64,000 nt of DNA from Acidobacteriota bacterium (lineage in GTDB: Bacteria > Acidobacteriota > UBA890 > WLXD01): contig CAXWPL010000004.1 of the NCBI GenBank assembly GCA_963666215.2, positions 160,001-224,000 of the forward strand, written 5' to 3'. The position numbers and the translations under genes are program-made. The notes under the pieces are model-generated. The model was not told where the DNA came from, did no database searches, and saw only the letters and a program-made list of their open reading frames with translations. Positions within the stretch are counted from its first letter, which is position 1. Each line of letters starts with the position of its first letter. Shown one piece after another: positions 9,550 to 18,953 of the stretch.

Positions 9550-12360
9550 CTAGAACTCGATCCGCAGGCCGAGCCGGAAGATGCGCGGCGGCGTCACGTT
9601 GCGAGGCACGTTGAGGTTCGAGCCGGTGAGCACGCCGGTGCGCAGGATGGTGTTGGCGTTGAGCACGTTGAAGCCATCGACCATGGCCTCGAGCGAGATG
9701 TCCCCGACACGGAAGGTCTTCGCGAACCTGAGGTCGAGAATGCTGCTGGCATCCTGGCGGAACTCGCCATTCTCCTCCACGCGGATCGAGGAGAAGGAAC
9801 CGGTCGTGGCGTCCTGGACCAGGAGCTCGCGCGCCATCTGGTGATCGAGGCCACCGTAGGTGTTCATGCCACTCGTAATCCGGTACGCGCCACCGATATT
9901 GATGTCATAGGGGGCCACGAAGAAGCCGGAGACCTTGCCGGCGAACGGTGCGTCCAGGCCGGTCGAACCGTAGGGGAACACCTCCGCCGTGTTGCGGTTC
10001 GTGAAGCCGCCCACGCGACCGTACTGGTCAGAGATGGTCGCCGACGCGGTCATCATCCACACGCCGTCGAAGCGGCGGGTGTAGACGAAGTCGACGCCGT
10101 GGTAGCGGTTGTAATCGTCCTCGTGATTCCCGAGGGTCTGCTGTCTGTCGACGCCGACGAAGGCCGGGTCGATCGACCAGTAGTCGATCGTGTTACCCGT
10201 GATCGGATCGATCGCGGTGGTCGGGATGTTGTAGGCCGACGTCGGAATGCCCGCCCAGCTCACGCCCCATAGGTTGCTGTTCTTGCGGTAGGTATAGCGG
10301 GCGCTGAGCGAGCTGCGCTCCGTCAGGCCCCTCTCCACCGCGAAGCTGACCTCGTCGCTGTGCCAGGTATCGAAGTCGTCCGCGAATTGGTTGCTGCTGC
10401 TCAGTGTCTGGATGCCCGAGGCGTTGAACTCGTCCGGATAGTCCGGGAAGTCGTTGCCGTTCAGGTCGTTCCACGAGACCGTTGCGTTGCGGTTCGAGAA
10501 CCTGATCCCGTAGCTGTGCATGTCGCTGTTGTCGATGCCGGTGTAGTAGCGGCCGGCGCTGCCCTTGACGACCGTGCGGCCGTCACCCTTGACGTCCAAG
10601 GCGAAGCCGAGGCGTGGCGAAACGGTGGTCCAGCCGGCGACGCTGTCGTTCGGCTGGACGGCCTGCTGCTCCGAGAAGAAGATGCCGACCCAGGGCCCCT
10701 GGTTTTGGGGCTGCTGCGGGATGCTGGCGTTGTGGTCCTCTACCCGGACGCCGAGGTTCAGGGTCAAGTTGCCGATCCGGACGTCGTCCTGGACGTAGCC
10801 CATCCACACCTGCTGGTGGTTTCGTGCCTCGACCGGGGAGTTGAACACCCTCACGCGGAAGGGCACGCCGTTAGCATAGCGGCGCTCGAGGCTCGCGTTG
10901 TGTGAGGTTCGGGTGTAGTAGGAGCCGCGCCGGTGCTCGACCCCGAGCTTGAGGTCATGCGAAGCGCTGGCCCCGTCCTTGAACAGCGTGTAGTTGCTGC
11001 CGAGGGTCCACAGGTGGGCGAGCGAGAAGAACTCACTCCGCGCGGCGTCCGAGCGAACGCCGGTGACCTCGTCGAAGCGGCTGGTGGTGTTGCCGACGCC
11101 GTCCTGGTACTTCAGCGGAAATGGCGGGCTGCCCCAGCCGGCGTAGACGTCGAGGAAGGCATTGTTGCCAAACACCCGGTTGTACTTGCCCTGCATGATG
11201 AAGTGGCGGCCATCCTGGAACCACGAGCCCTCCGGGGCGGTGAACTGGCTGACGCCACGATTGGCACGGATCTTTTGGGCCCACTCGCCGTTCACCATCA
11301 GCGTGCTGCTGTCGTCGAGACGAGCCGTGACCTTGGAGGTGAGGTTGGTGAGGAAGGAGCCGTCGGTGCACCCGCTGCCGTCCGGCAGGAGACAGTTCAG
11401 GACAAACGGTGTCACCCGATACTCGCGGAACGCGGTGTAGAACCAGACGCTGTCACTCACAACCGGCCCGCCGAAGTCCACCGAGATGTCGGTGAGCTTG
11501 TCGAGATTACCGCCGGTCGAGGTGACTCCCTTGTCCCGGAGCTCCTGGTTGAGGTTGTCGCCCTGGAGAGACGGGCCCTCGTAGTAGCCGCGGATACCGC
11601 CGTGAAAATCATTGCCACCGTCCTTGACGATGGTGTTGATGATCATGCCGCCCTTCGAGTTCTCGGCCGAGATCCCCGAGGTGGTGAACTGGATCTCCTC
11701 GAAGGCATCGGTGTTGAAATAACCGAGCCCGATGCCGTGCTCGAACAGCGTCATGTCCATACCGTTCATGTTGTACTGCTGCGCCTCGCGCTCCGATCCA
11801 TGTACCTGGAACCCGGACAGCTGGACGCTCTCGTTGCCGCCTACGTTCTCCTTGGAGAGCATCACACCAGGCACCTGCTGGAGGTACGACCACAGGTCCA
11901 TCGCCGAGGGGATCTCGTGGAGCTGGTTCTGCCCCCAGACGGAGGTGGCCCCTGAGTTCTTGGTGTCGATGAGCGGCGCCTCGCCAGTGACCGAGACGGT
12001 CTCGGACACGCCGGAAAGATCGAGCCGCGCGTCGATCGTGAGGCTCACACCAACGCTGACGCCGACGGCGCTGAATTCGGCTGTTCTAAAGCCCTGTAGC
12101 TCGACCCGCACGAGGTAGGTCCCGGACTGCAGGCCGGGGAACCGGTACACTCCCGCTACCGACGTTGTCGTCGTCCGACTGCCACCGATCAGGTCGTCGC
12201 TCTCGACCGTCACCGTGACCCCGGGCAGTGGCGCCCCGTCAGGGTCGGTAATGATGCCTCGGATGGCTCCGGTATCCCGCCCCTGCGCGAACGCCACGTT
12301 CGCGGTGACGAGAACGAGAACGACGACAAAACAACAGAACGCGCAACGGGCCACTCGCAT
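9550..12360 (-). CDS. TonB-dependent receptor 1 (Oar-like, N-terminal carboxypeptidase-regulatory-like domain)
   Basis: Signal peptide; GAIRGIITDPDGAPLPGVTVT domain; YVQDD...LTLNLGVR and SPRLGFA barrel motifs; C-terminal PRIFRLGLRIEF ending in Phe. ATG 12360 has an AGGAAGG RBS. Confidence 0.9.
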   Translation of the reverse strand: MRVARCAFCCFVVVLVLVTANVAFAQGRDTGAIRGIITDPDGAPLPGVTVTVESDDLIGGSRTTTTSVAGVYRFPGLQSGTYLVRVELQGFRTAEFSAVGVSVGVSLTIDARLDLSGVSETVSVTGEAPLIDTKNSGATSVWGQNQLHEIPSAMDLWSYLQQVPGVMLSKENVGGNESVQLSGFQVHGSEREAQQYNMNGMDMTLFEHGIGLGYFNTDAFEEIQFTTSGISAENSKGGMIINTIVKDGGNDFHGGIRGYYEGPSLQGDNLNQELRDKGVTSTGGNLDKLTDISVDFGGPVVSDSVWFYTAFREYRVTPFVLNCLLPDGSGCTDGSFLTNLTSKVTARLDDSSTLMVNGEWAQKIRANRGVSQFTAPEGSWFQDGRHFIMQGKYNRVFGNNAFLDVYAGWGSPPFPLKYQDGVGNTTSRFDEVTGVRSDAARSEFFSLAHLWTLGSNYTLFKDGASASHDLKLGVEHRRGSYYTRTSHNASLERRYANGVPFRVRVFNSPVEARNHQQVWMGYVQDDVRIGNLTLNLGVRVEDHNASIPQQPQNQGPWVGIFFSEQQAVQPNDSVAGWTTVSPRLGFALDVKGDGRTVVKGSAGRYYTGIDNSDMHSYGIRFSNRNATVSWNDLNGNDFPDYPDEFNASGIQTLSSSNQFADDFDTWHSDEVSFAVERGLTERSSLSARYTYRKNSNLWGVSWAGIPTSAYNIPTTAIDPITGNTIDYWSIDPAFVGVDRQQTLGNHEDDYNRYHGVDFVYTRRFDGVWMMTASATISDQYGRVGGFTNRNTAEVFPYGSTGLDAPFAGKVSGFFVAPYDINIGGAYRITSGMNTYGGLDHQMARELLVQDATTGSFSSIRVEENGEFRQDASSILDLRFAKTFRVGDISLEAMVDGFNVLNANTILRTGVLTGSNLNVPRNVTPPRIFRLGLRIEF

Positions 12361-12458
12361 CTTTAGTGCCTTCCTGGTGTGTAGCATCCGCCGCCAACGG
12401 CATCATGTGGGTGCCCTCGGCGGGCAGAATTACGGTTATCAATCGTTATCAAAGCGTA

Positions 12459-12488
12459 GTTTTACTAACCCTTCGGTCCTCTTGTCAA
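12459..12488 (-). promoter_or_regulatory. Sigma70-like promoter of TBDR1 with an operator-like site in the spacer
   Basis: TTGACA (12488-12483), N18, TAAAAC (12464-12459). Site ACTAAC-CC-TTCGGT at 12464-12477. Same layout as the promoter at 21844-21873. Confidence 0.55.
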
Positions 12489-12566
12489 GCGATCGGCTCC
12501 GAATTCATGCCGTCGCGCTAACCAACGGCGATGGTTCATCCATCGACGGTTTCAGGGGTCGGACCC

Positions 12567-13221
12567 CTACTCGCCGCGACGTAGGTGTTCGTCGAAGAAC
12601 CGTTCCATCTTCCCGAAGGCGTCGACCCAGCTCCGCTTGCGGCCGAAGAAGTGAGGCTCGCCCGGGTAAACCTCGAACTCGAACCGCTTGCCCCGTTGCA
12701 ACATCTCGTCGACCAGCTTGATCGACTGCAGGAAGTTCACGTGGACATCCGCCGTGCCCTGCACGGTCAGCACGGGCGCCTGGAGATCGTCGAGGAAATT
12801 CAACGCTGAGGCGTTGAAGTAGGCCTCGGGATTCTGCTCGGGCGTTCCCAGGCGAGCGTACATCCAGCCGTTGCGGACGTCCCATGGCCCTCCCTCCATC
12901 TCGAAGTCGAGAACACCCGCGACGTTGATGTCCGCCGCCGTCGACGGGCACGACGTAGAGATCCTGGGTGCGCCAGTCGGTCCATAGAAAGGACACGTGG
13001 CCACTGTCGGGCGAGAAGTTGGGCCGGGAGGGCCAGAGAGCGTCCAGATAGTCGCCCATGGACAGGGTGTCATCGGTGGGGGCCGCCGGATCATTGCCGC
13101 TAGTGCCCCACGGATCGCCACTGCAGGCCGTCACGGAGACGACGAGAAGCGCGGCGGTGCTGATCGCTCGTCCCGCTCGCCGTTGCCGTGGGCCCGAGCC
13201 GGTCCGGTCGTCACTGGTCAT
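12567..13221 (-). pseudogene. S9 peptidase copy with internal deletion and frameshift
   Basis: 5' and 3' ends are identical to 16590-18767 and are joined at ~12930. The segment equivalent to 16957-18480, including the catalytic GMSYGG, is missing (net -1523 bp). Confidence 0.9.
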
Positions 13222-13407
13222 CCTGCTACCTCCGTTGCCAACACGCGTGCGAGTCCGCTCGGGCGTCGACCGCTAGACCGTGCGCCGCGACACGCTGGTC
13301 GCCCTGCGCGCCCGCGTGGCCCGAATCGCCCTGGAAAACGTCAAGGGCGGTGGCGACCGGGCGACCGGCTCGCCACTGCCCTTGCGGCTCAGTCGAGGCG
13401 AGGCGCC

Positions 13408-16209
13408 TCAGAAGTTGATCCGCGCCCCGATCCGGAAGACCCGCGGCGGCAGCACCGCGATCGGCGTTCCGAGATTGCCACCGGTGGTCGTGCCCTCCAC
13501 CAGGATGTTGTTGGCATTGAGCGCGTTGAAGCCATCGATCATCGCCTCGACATCGACGTTCCCGAGCCGGAAGGTCTTGGCCAACCTCAGGTCGAGGATG
13601 TTGGTTGCGTCCTGTCGGAACGATCCGTTCTCCTCTACCCGAATGTTGTAGAAGGAGCCGGTGGTCTGATCCGCGACCAGAAGGGTGCGAGCCATGTTGT
13701 TGGCGCGGCCGTCAACGTTACGGCCGCCCGAGTACCGGTACGCGAACCCGAGGTTGATGTCGTACGGCGCCACATAGTAGCCGGAGACGCGACCGTGGAG
13801 CGCCGTGTCGAGCCCGTGGGCACCGTAGGGGAAGATCTCCCGAGTGTTCCGGTCCGAGAAGCCGCCGATGCGGCCGTACTTGTCGGAGATCGTCGCCGAG
13901 GCGGTCACCATCCAAGTTCCGTCGAAGCGACGGGTGTAGATGAAATCGACGCCGTGGTAGCGGTTGTAGTTGTCCTCCTGGTTGGTCAGCGTGGGCACGT
14001 TGTCGGCACCGACGAACGCCGGGTCGATCGACCAGTACTCGACCGTGCTGCTCGTGATCGGATCGACGGCGGTGCTCGGGATGTTCCAGGCCGAGGACGG
14101 GATTCCATCCCAGGTCTGGGCCCAGAGATTGTTGTTCTTTCGGTACGTGAAACGGGCCGAGAGCGAGCTTCGCCGGGTGAGCTCGCGCTCGATCGAGAGG
14201 TTGAACTCGTCGGCGTGCGGACTCCTGAAGTCGTCCGCCATCCGTCGGCTGCTGGTCAGCTCGACGATGCCCGTGGTGTTGAACTCGTCCGGGAAGTCCG
14301 CGACGTCGTTGCCGTTGAGATCGTTCCACGGGGCCGCCGCGCTGGCATTGACCCTACGGATCCCGTAGCTGTGGATGTCAGCGTTGTCGATCCCGAAGTA
14401 GTAGCGTCCGAAGCTGCCCTTGACCACGGTCTGGCCCGTGCCCATGAGGTCCCAGGCAAAGCCGACCCGCGGCGACAAGGTCGTCCAGCCGGCGATGCCG
14501 TCCTGCGGCTCTACTGGCGGCTGCTCCGAGAAGAAGACGCCGATCCAAGGCCCCGTCTGGGCCTTCTGCTCCGGGATGTTGGCGTTGTGTTTCTCGACGC
14601 GGACGCCGAGGTTCAGCGTCAGGTTGCCGATGCGCACATCGTCCTGGACGTAGCCCATCCACACCTGCTGGTAGCTGTTGGCCTCGACCGGGTGGTTGCG
14701 CACGCTCACCCGGAAGGGCACGCCGTCGGCGTACTGGCGCTCCAGCGCGCCGTTCGACGAACTGCGCGTGTAGTAGGAGCTGCGCCGGTGCTCGACCCCG
14801 AACTTCAGGTCGTGCGAGGCGCCCAGCATGTCGTCATTGAACAACGTGTAGTTGGTGCCCATCGTCCACAGGTGGGCAATCGCCCTGAACTCGATTCTCG
14901 CCGCTCCAAACCGGTGTCCCGTGACGACGTCGACGGCCGTCGTGGTATCACCGACTCCTGTCTGGTAGTTCAACGGGAAGGGCGAGTTGCCGTAGCCGAT
15001 GTAGGCGTCCAAGAACCCCGTGTTGCCGAAAACGCGGTTGTACTTGGCCTGCAGCGCGAAGTAGCGGTAGGCTTCGATCCAGGTCGCCTCTGAGGCCACG
15101 AACTGGCCGACGTTTCGGGTCGGCCGGTCGTACCACTGGCGCTCGCCGTACAGCATGACCGTGCTCGCGTCGTCGGGCCGAGCGGTGATCTTCGCGTTGA
15201 CGTTCTTGATCGTCACGCCGTCGGTGCAGGGTACCCCTTCGGGCGTGATGCAGTTGAGCTTGATCGGGAATACGGCGTACGAGCGACCCCCGGTGTAGAA
15301 CCACGCCCTGTCACGCTTGATCGGGCCACCCAGGTTCAGGGTGGCCAGTTTGATGTAGTCCACGCCACCGGCAGAGCTGGTGACGCCGGCCTTGCGGAGA
15401 TCGTCGTCGATATTGCTCGACTGTAGGCTGTCGTTCTCGAGCATGCCCTGGAGCATGCCGTGGAAGTCGTTGCCGCCGTCCCTCACCACGGCGTTGATGA
15501 TGACGCCGCCCTTCGAGTACTCGGCGGTGATGCCGGCGGTCGTGAACTGGATCTCCTCGAAGGCGTCCGTGTTGTAGTAGCCGAGCCCGATCCCGTGCTC
15601 GAACAGCGTCATGTCCATGCCGTTGATGTTGTACTGCTGCTGCTCGCGCTCCGAGCCGTGTACCTCGAAGGCGTCGAGCATGACGCTGCCGCTGCCGCCG
15701 ACGTTCTCACGGTTGGTCTGCATCCCCGGAACCTGCTGGATGTACGACCACACGTCCATCGCCGAGGGAATTTCCTGGAGCTGATCCTCGCCCCAGGTGA
15801 AATCGGAGGAGGAGTTCGCGAGGTCGATGATCGGCGCCTCACCGGTAACGGTGAGGGTCTCCGCGACACCGGCGAGCTCGAGCAGCGCGTCGAACGTCAG
15901 GGTGCTAGCGACGTGGACTCCGATGTCCGCTACCTGAACCGTCCTGAAGCCGGTCAGGGTCACCAGGAGCTCGTACGTGCCCGGGGGCAGACCGGGAAAC
16001 CGATAGATACCCGCGAGCGTCGTCGTCGCCGTCCGAGTCCCTCCCAGGAGCGCCTCGCTGCTCAACGTCACCGTGACCCCGGGCAGTGCCGCCCCGTCAG
16101 GATCTGTAATGATCCCTCGGATGGCTCCGGTATCCCGGCCTTGCGCGAGCGCCACGCTCGCGACACTGAGAATGAGCAAACAACAGAACAAGCATCGGGC
16201 CGTTCGCAT
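13408..16209 (-). CDS. TonB-dependent receptor 2, copy A
   Basis: Paralog of TBDR1 with the same motifs, ending PRVFRIGARINF; GGGGAGG RBS before ATG 16209. Confidence 0.9.
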   Translation of the reverse strand: MRTARCLFCCLLILSVASVALAQGRDTGAIRGIITDPDGAALPGVTVTLSSEALLGGTRTATTTLAGIYRFPGLPPGTYELLVTLTGFRTVQVADIGVHVASTLTFDALLELAGVAETLTVTGEAPIIDLANSSSDFTWGEDQLQEIPSAMDVWSYIQQVPGMQTNRENVGGSGSVMLDAFEVHGSEREQQQYNINGMDMTLFEHGIGLGYYNTDAFEEIQFTTAGITAEYSKGGVIINAVVRDGGNDFHGMLQGMLENDSLQSSNIDDDLRKAGVTSSAGGVDYIKLATLNLGGPIKRDRAWFYTGGRSYAVFPIKLNCITPEGVPCTDGVTIKNVNAKITARPDDASTVMLYGERQWYDRPTRNVGQFVASEATWIEAYRYFALQAKYNRVFGNTGFLDAYIGYGNSPFPLNYQTGVGDTTTAVDVVTGHRFGAARIEFRAIAHLWTMGTNYTLFNDDMLGASHDLKFGVEHRRSSYYTRSSSNGALERQYADGVPFRVSVRNHPVEANSYQQVWMGYVQDDVRIGNLTLNLGVRVEKHNANIPEQKAQTGPWIGVFFSEQPPVEPQDGIAGWTTLSPRVGFAWDLMGTGQTVVKGSFGRYYFGIDNADIHSYGIRRVNASAAAPWNDLNGNDVADFPDEFNTTGIVELTSSRRMADDFRSPHADEFNLSIERELTRRSSLSARFTYRKNNNLWAQTWDGIPSSAWNIPSTAVDPITSSTVEYWSIDPAFVGADNVPTLTNQEDNYNRYHGVDFIYTRRFDGTWMVTASATISDKYGRIGGFSDRNTREIFPYGAHGLDTALHGRVSGYYVAPYDINLGFAYRYSGGRNVDGRANNMARTLLVADQTTGSFYNIRVEENGSFRQDATNILDLRLAKTFRLGNVDVEAMIDGFNALNANNILVEGTTTGGNLGTPIAVLPPRVFRIGARINF

Positions 16210-16302
16210 CTGGGGCCTCCCCCGCAGTAGATCCCCAGCGAGCCCGAGACGGCCGTCCGCGATCCCAGGCATGCCAGGGTAATAATTAGTCAAAGGTGTT
16301 TT

Positions 16303-16316
16303 ACTAACTCGTCAGT
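16303..16316. promoter_or_regulatory. Putative operator ACTAAC-TC-GTCAGT
   Basis: Imperfect palindrome upstream of TBDR2 copy A. Confidence 0.5.
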
Positions 16317-16589
16317 CAACAACTGCAAGTCGTGTGCCCGGACACCATCGCCGCGAAGTTGCTCGAAAATTACGTGAAGTCGTAGATATGAGACGTAAAT
16401 CTACGTAATTACGGGGAAGACGAAGGTTTCTCTATGTAGCAACTGGCCGCAAGAATTCAATTAATTGAACAATGGTTTCAAAAGGCCGAAGAGAACAGGT
16501 CCTCTTGTCAAGCGATCGGCTCCGAATTCATGCCGTCGCGCTAACCAACGGCGATGGTTCATCCATCGACGGTTTCAGGGGTCGGACCC

Positions 16590-18767
16590 CTACTCGCCGC
16601 GACGTAGGTGTTCGTCGAAGAACCGTTCCATCTTCCCGAAGGCGTCGACCCAGCTCCGCTTGCGGCCGAAGAAGTGAGGCTCGCCCGGGTAAACCTCGAA
16701 CTCGAACCGCTTGCCCCGTTGCAACATCTCGTCGACCAGCTTGATCGACTGCAGGAAGTTCACGTGGACATCCGCCGTGCCCTGCACGGTCAGCACGGGC
16801 GCCTGGAGATCGTCGAGGAAATTCAACGCTGAGGCGTTGAAGTAGGCCTCGGGATTCTGCTCGGGCGTTCCCAGGCGAGCGTACATCCAGCCGTTGCGGA
16901 CGTCCCATGGCCCTCCCTCCATCTCGAAGTCGAGAACACCCGCGACGTTGATTCCGGCGGCAAACACCTCCGGGTACTTCGACAGCAGCGTCAGGACCAT
17001 GTGGCCGCCGTAGCTCATCCCATGTACGCCCACGCGATCGGTGTCGACGAACCCGAGCCCCGCGAGGTAGTTCACCCCTTCGACCGCGTCTGCAGCGTCA
17101 CCGACGCCGACGTCCAGGTAGTTGGCGGTGCGGAAGTCCCGGCCGTAGCCGTAGCTGCCCCGGAAGTCGACGTTGAGAACGACGTAGCCGCGGTCGGCGA
17201 GTCGCTGGTGCCAGCCGTACCAGGCGACGTTGTCCTTCTGCGGCCCCGAACCCACGAAGACCTCCTGGTAGATCGCCGCCTGGTGGACGTGGACGATCGC
17301 CGGATAGGAGCCATCCGGATCGAACGACCGCGGTCGGAACAGCTGGGCGCGGATCGGCACGCCCTCGTGACCGGGGTAGCTGACGATCTCCGGGCTCTTC
17401 CAGTCGTAGGCATGCAGCTCGGGTGTCATGGAGTCGGTGAGCTGCACGGCCTCGGCAGCCGCAGCGGTTTCCGTTACCCACAGGTCGGGCAGGCGCGACG
17501 AGTCGGAATGTACGAACGCGATTCTCTCGCCGTCGGGAGACAAGCGAGCCGTGGTGTTGTTACCGGCCAGATCTGTCAGCTGGGTACGCTGGCCGCCATC
17601 GGCGCTGACCGAGTAGAGCTGCCGTCCCTCGGTTCCGGCCTCCGTGGAGACGAAGTAGATGGTCCCGCCATCCGGTGACCAGGCCGGGAAGCTGACCTCG
17701 AAGGGACCGGTCGTCACCTGGACCGCCTCGCCACCCTCCGCCGGCACCAAGTAGACGTGGTTCCAGCCGTCTTCGTCGCTGGTGTACAGCACCCTGGCGC
17801 CGTCAGGCGAAAAGGCAACGACCCGGTCTCGGCCGTTCAGGTAGCGATCATCATGCTGGGTCGCGAGAGTGGCGAGGACATTGCCGCGAAGATCGACGCG
17901 ATGAAGCGAACGATCCTTGACGTTGATGGAAGTGCGCTGGACGACGAGGCTCGCACCGTCCGGTGCCCAGGCCATGACCCCTTCGCGCTCGGGTGACGCG
18001 AGCAGCGTCCGAACCTCACCCGTTCGCGTCGACACGATCGCCGCGTCACGCTGGCCGCCTCGTGTTCGTCGAAAGACGAGCAATGGACCCGAGTAGGGGG
18101 GTGAGTAGTCGAGCCGCACCGACGGATCGCCGACGCTGCCAGCGATCCACTCCCCCGCGGGCGCCCAGCTCCCGAGGCTCATGCGCCCGATCTGGCCGCG
18201 GCTCGACTCGGCACCATCGTCGAGACCGAGGAGAACCAGCTCCCCCCCGCGCCTGAACGCGACGCTATCTCCATCCGGGGAGACGAGAGCCGACCCTTCA
18301 CGAGCCTCGGTCTCGGTGAGGTTGCGCGTGCCCCCCTCCGGCACCGACGCCAGAAACAGGTCGCCGTCGTCCGCGTAGACGATGCCGCTGCCGTCGGGAA
18401 GCCACTCGCCGAAGCTCCCGGAGCTGTTCCACGTCGACCCGCCGAGAAAACCGTCCGACTGCGTCAGCGCGACTGGCGGCCCGCCGTCGACGGGCACGAC
18501 GTAGAGATCCTGGGTGCGCCAGTCGGTCCATAGAAAGGACACGTGGCCACTGTCGGGCGAGAAGTTGGGCCGGGAGGGCCAGAGAGCGTCCAGATAGTCG
18601 CCCATGGACAGGGTGTCATCGGTGGGGGCCGCCGGATCATTGCCGCTAGTGCCCCACGGATCGCCACTGCAGGCCGTCACGGAGACGACGAGAAGCGCGG
18701 CGGTGCTGATCGCTCGTCCCGCTCGCCGTTGCCGTGGGCCCGAGCCGGTCCGGTCGTCACTGGTCAT
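16590..18767 (-). CDS. S9 family (prolyl oligopeptidase / DPP IV-like) lipoprotein peptidase
   Basis: Lipobox-like VTAC; beta-propeller repeats (FSPDG/WSPDG); nucleophile GMSYGG; Asp in GTADVHV; His in YPGEPH. Confidence 0.92.
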   Translation of the reverse strand: MTSDDRTGSGPRQRRAGRAISTAALLVVSVTACSGDPWGTSGNDPAAPTDDTLSMGDYLDALWPSRPNFSPDSGHVSFLWTDWRTQDLYVVPVDGGPPVALTQSDGFLGGSTWNSSGSFGEWLPDGSGIVYADDGDLFLASVPEGGTRNLTETEAREGSALVSPDGDSVAFRRGGELVLLGLDDGAESSRGQIGRMSLGSWAPAGEWIAGSVGDPSVRLDYSPPYSGPLLVFRRTRGGQRDAAIVSTRTGEVRTLLASPEREGVMAWAPDGASLVVQRTSINVKDRSLHRVDLRGNVLATLATQHDDRYLNGRDRVVAFSPDGARVLYTSDEDGWNHVYLVPAEGGEAVQVTTGPFEVSFPAWSPDGGTIYFVSTEAGTEGRQLYSVSADGGQRTQLTDLAGNNTTARLSPDGERIAFVHSDSSRLPDLWVTETAAAAEAVQLTDSMTPELHAYDWKSPEIVSYPGHEGVPIRAQLFRPRSFDPDGSYPAIVHVHQAAIYQEVFVGSGPQKDNVAWYGWHQRLADRGYVVLNVDFRGSYGYGRDFRTANYLDVGVGDAADAVEGVNYLAGLGFVDTDRVGVHGMSYGGHMVLTLLSKYPEVFAAGINVAGVLDFEMEGGPWDVRNGWMYARLGTPEQNPEAYFNASALNFLDDLQAPVLTVQGTADVHVNFLQSIKLVDEMLQRGKRFEFEVYPGEPHFFGRKRSWVDAFGKMERFFDEHLRRGE

Positions 18768-18953
18768 CCTGCTACCTCCGTTGCCAACACGCGTGCGAGT
18801 CCGCTCGGGCGTCGACCGCTAGACCGTGCGCCGCGACACGCTGGTCGCCCTGCGCGCCCGCGTGGCCCGAATCGCCCTGGAAAACGTCAAGGGCGGTGGC
18901 GACCGGGCGACCGGCTCGCCACTGCCCTTGCGGCTCAGTCGAGGCGAGGCGCC

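Larger units (their letters stand above)
12475..16305. repeat. Direct duplication copy A (internally deleted S9 + TBDR2)
   Basis: Matches 16498-21851 at offset 4023 left of the deletion and 5546 right of it. One substitution was seen (13566 G vs 19112 C). Confidence 0.92.

Noticed and set aside
12520-12570. Fluoride-riboswitch-like GGCGATGG...CCTAC string (also at ~16545-16593)
   Set aside because: It lies at the 3' end of the S9 gene on the opposite strand, lacks the matching pairing and has no downstream plus-strand gene.
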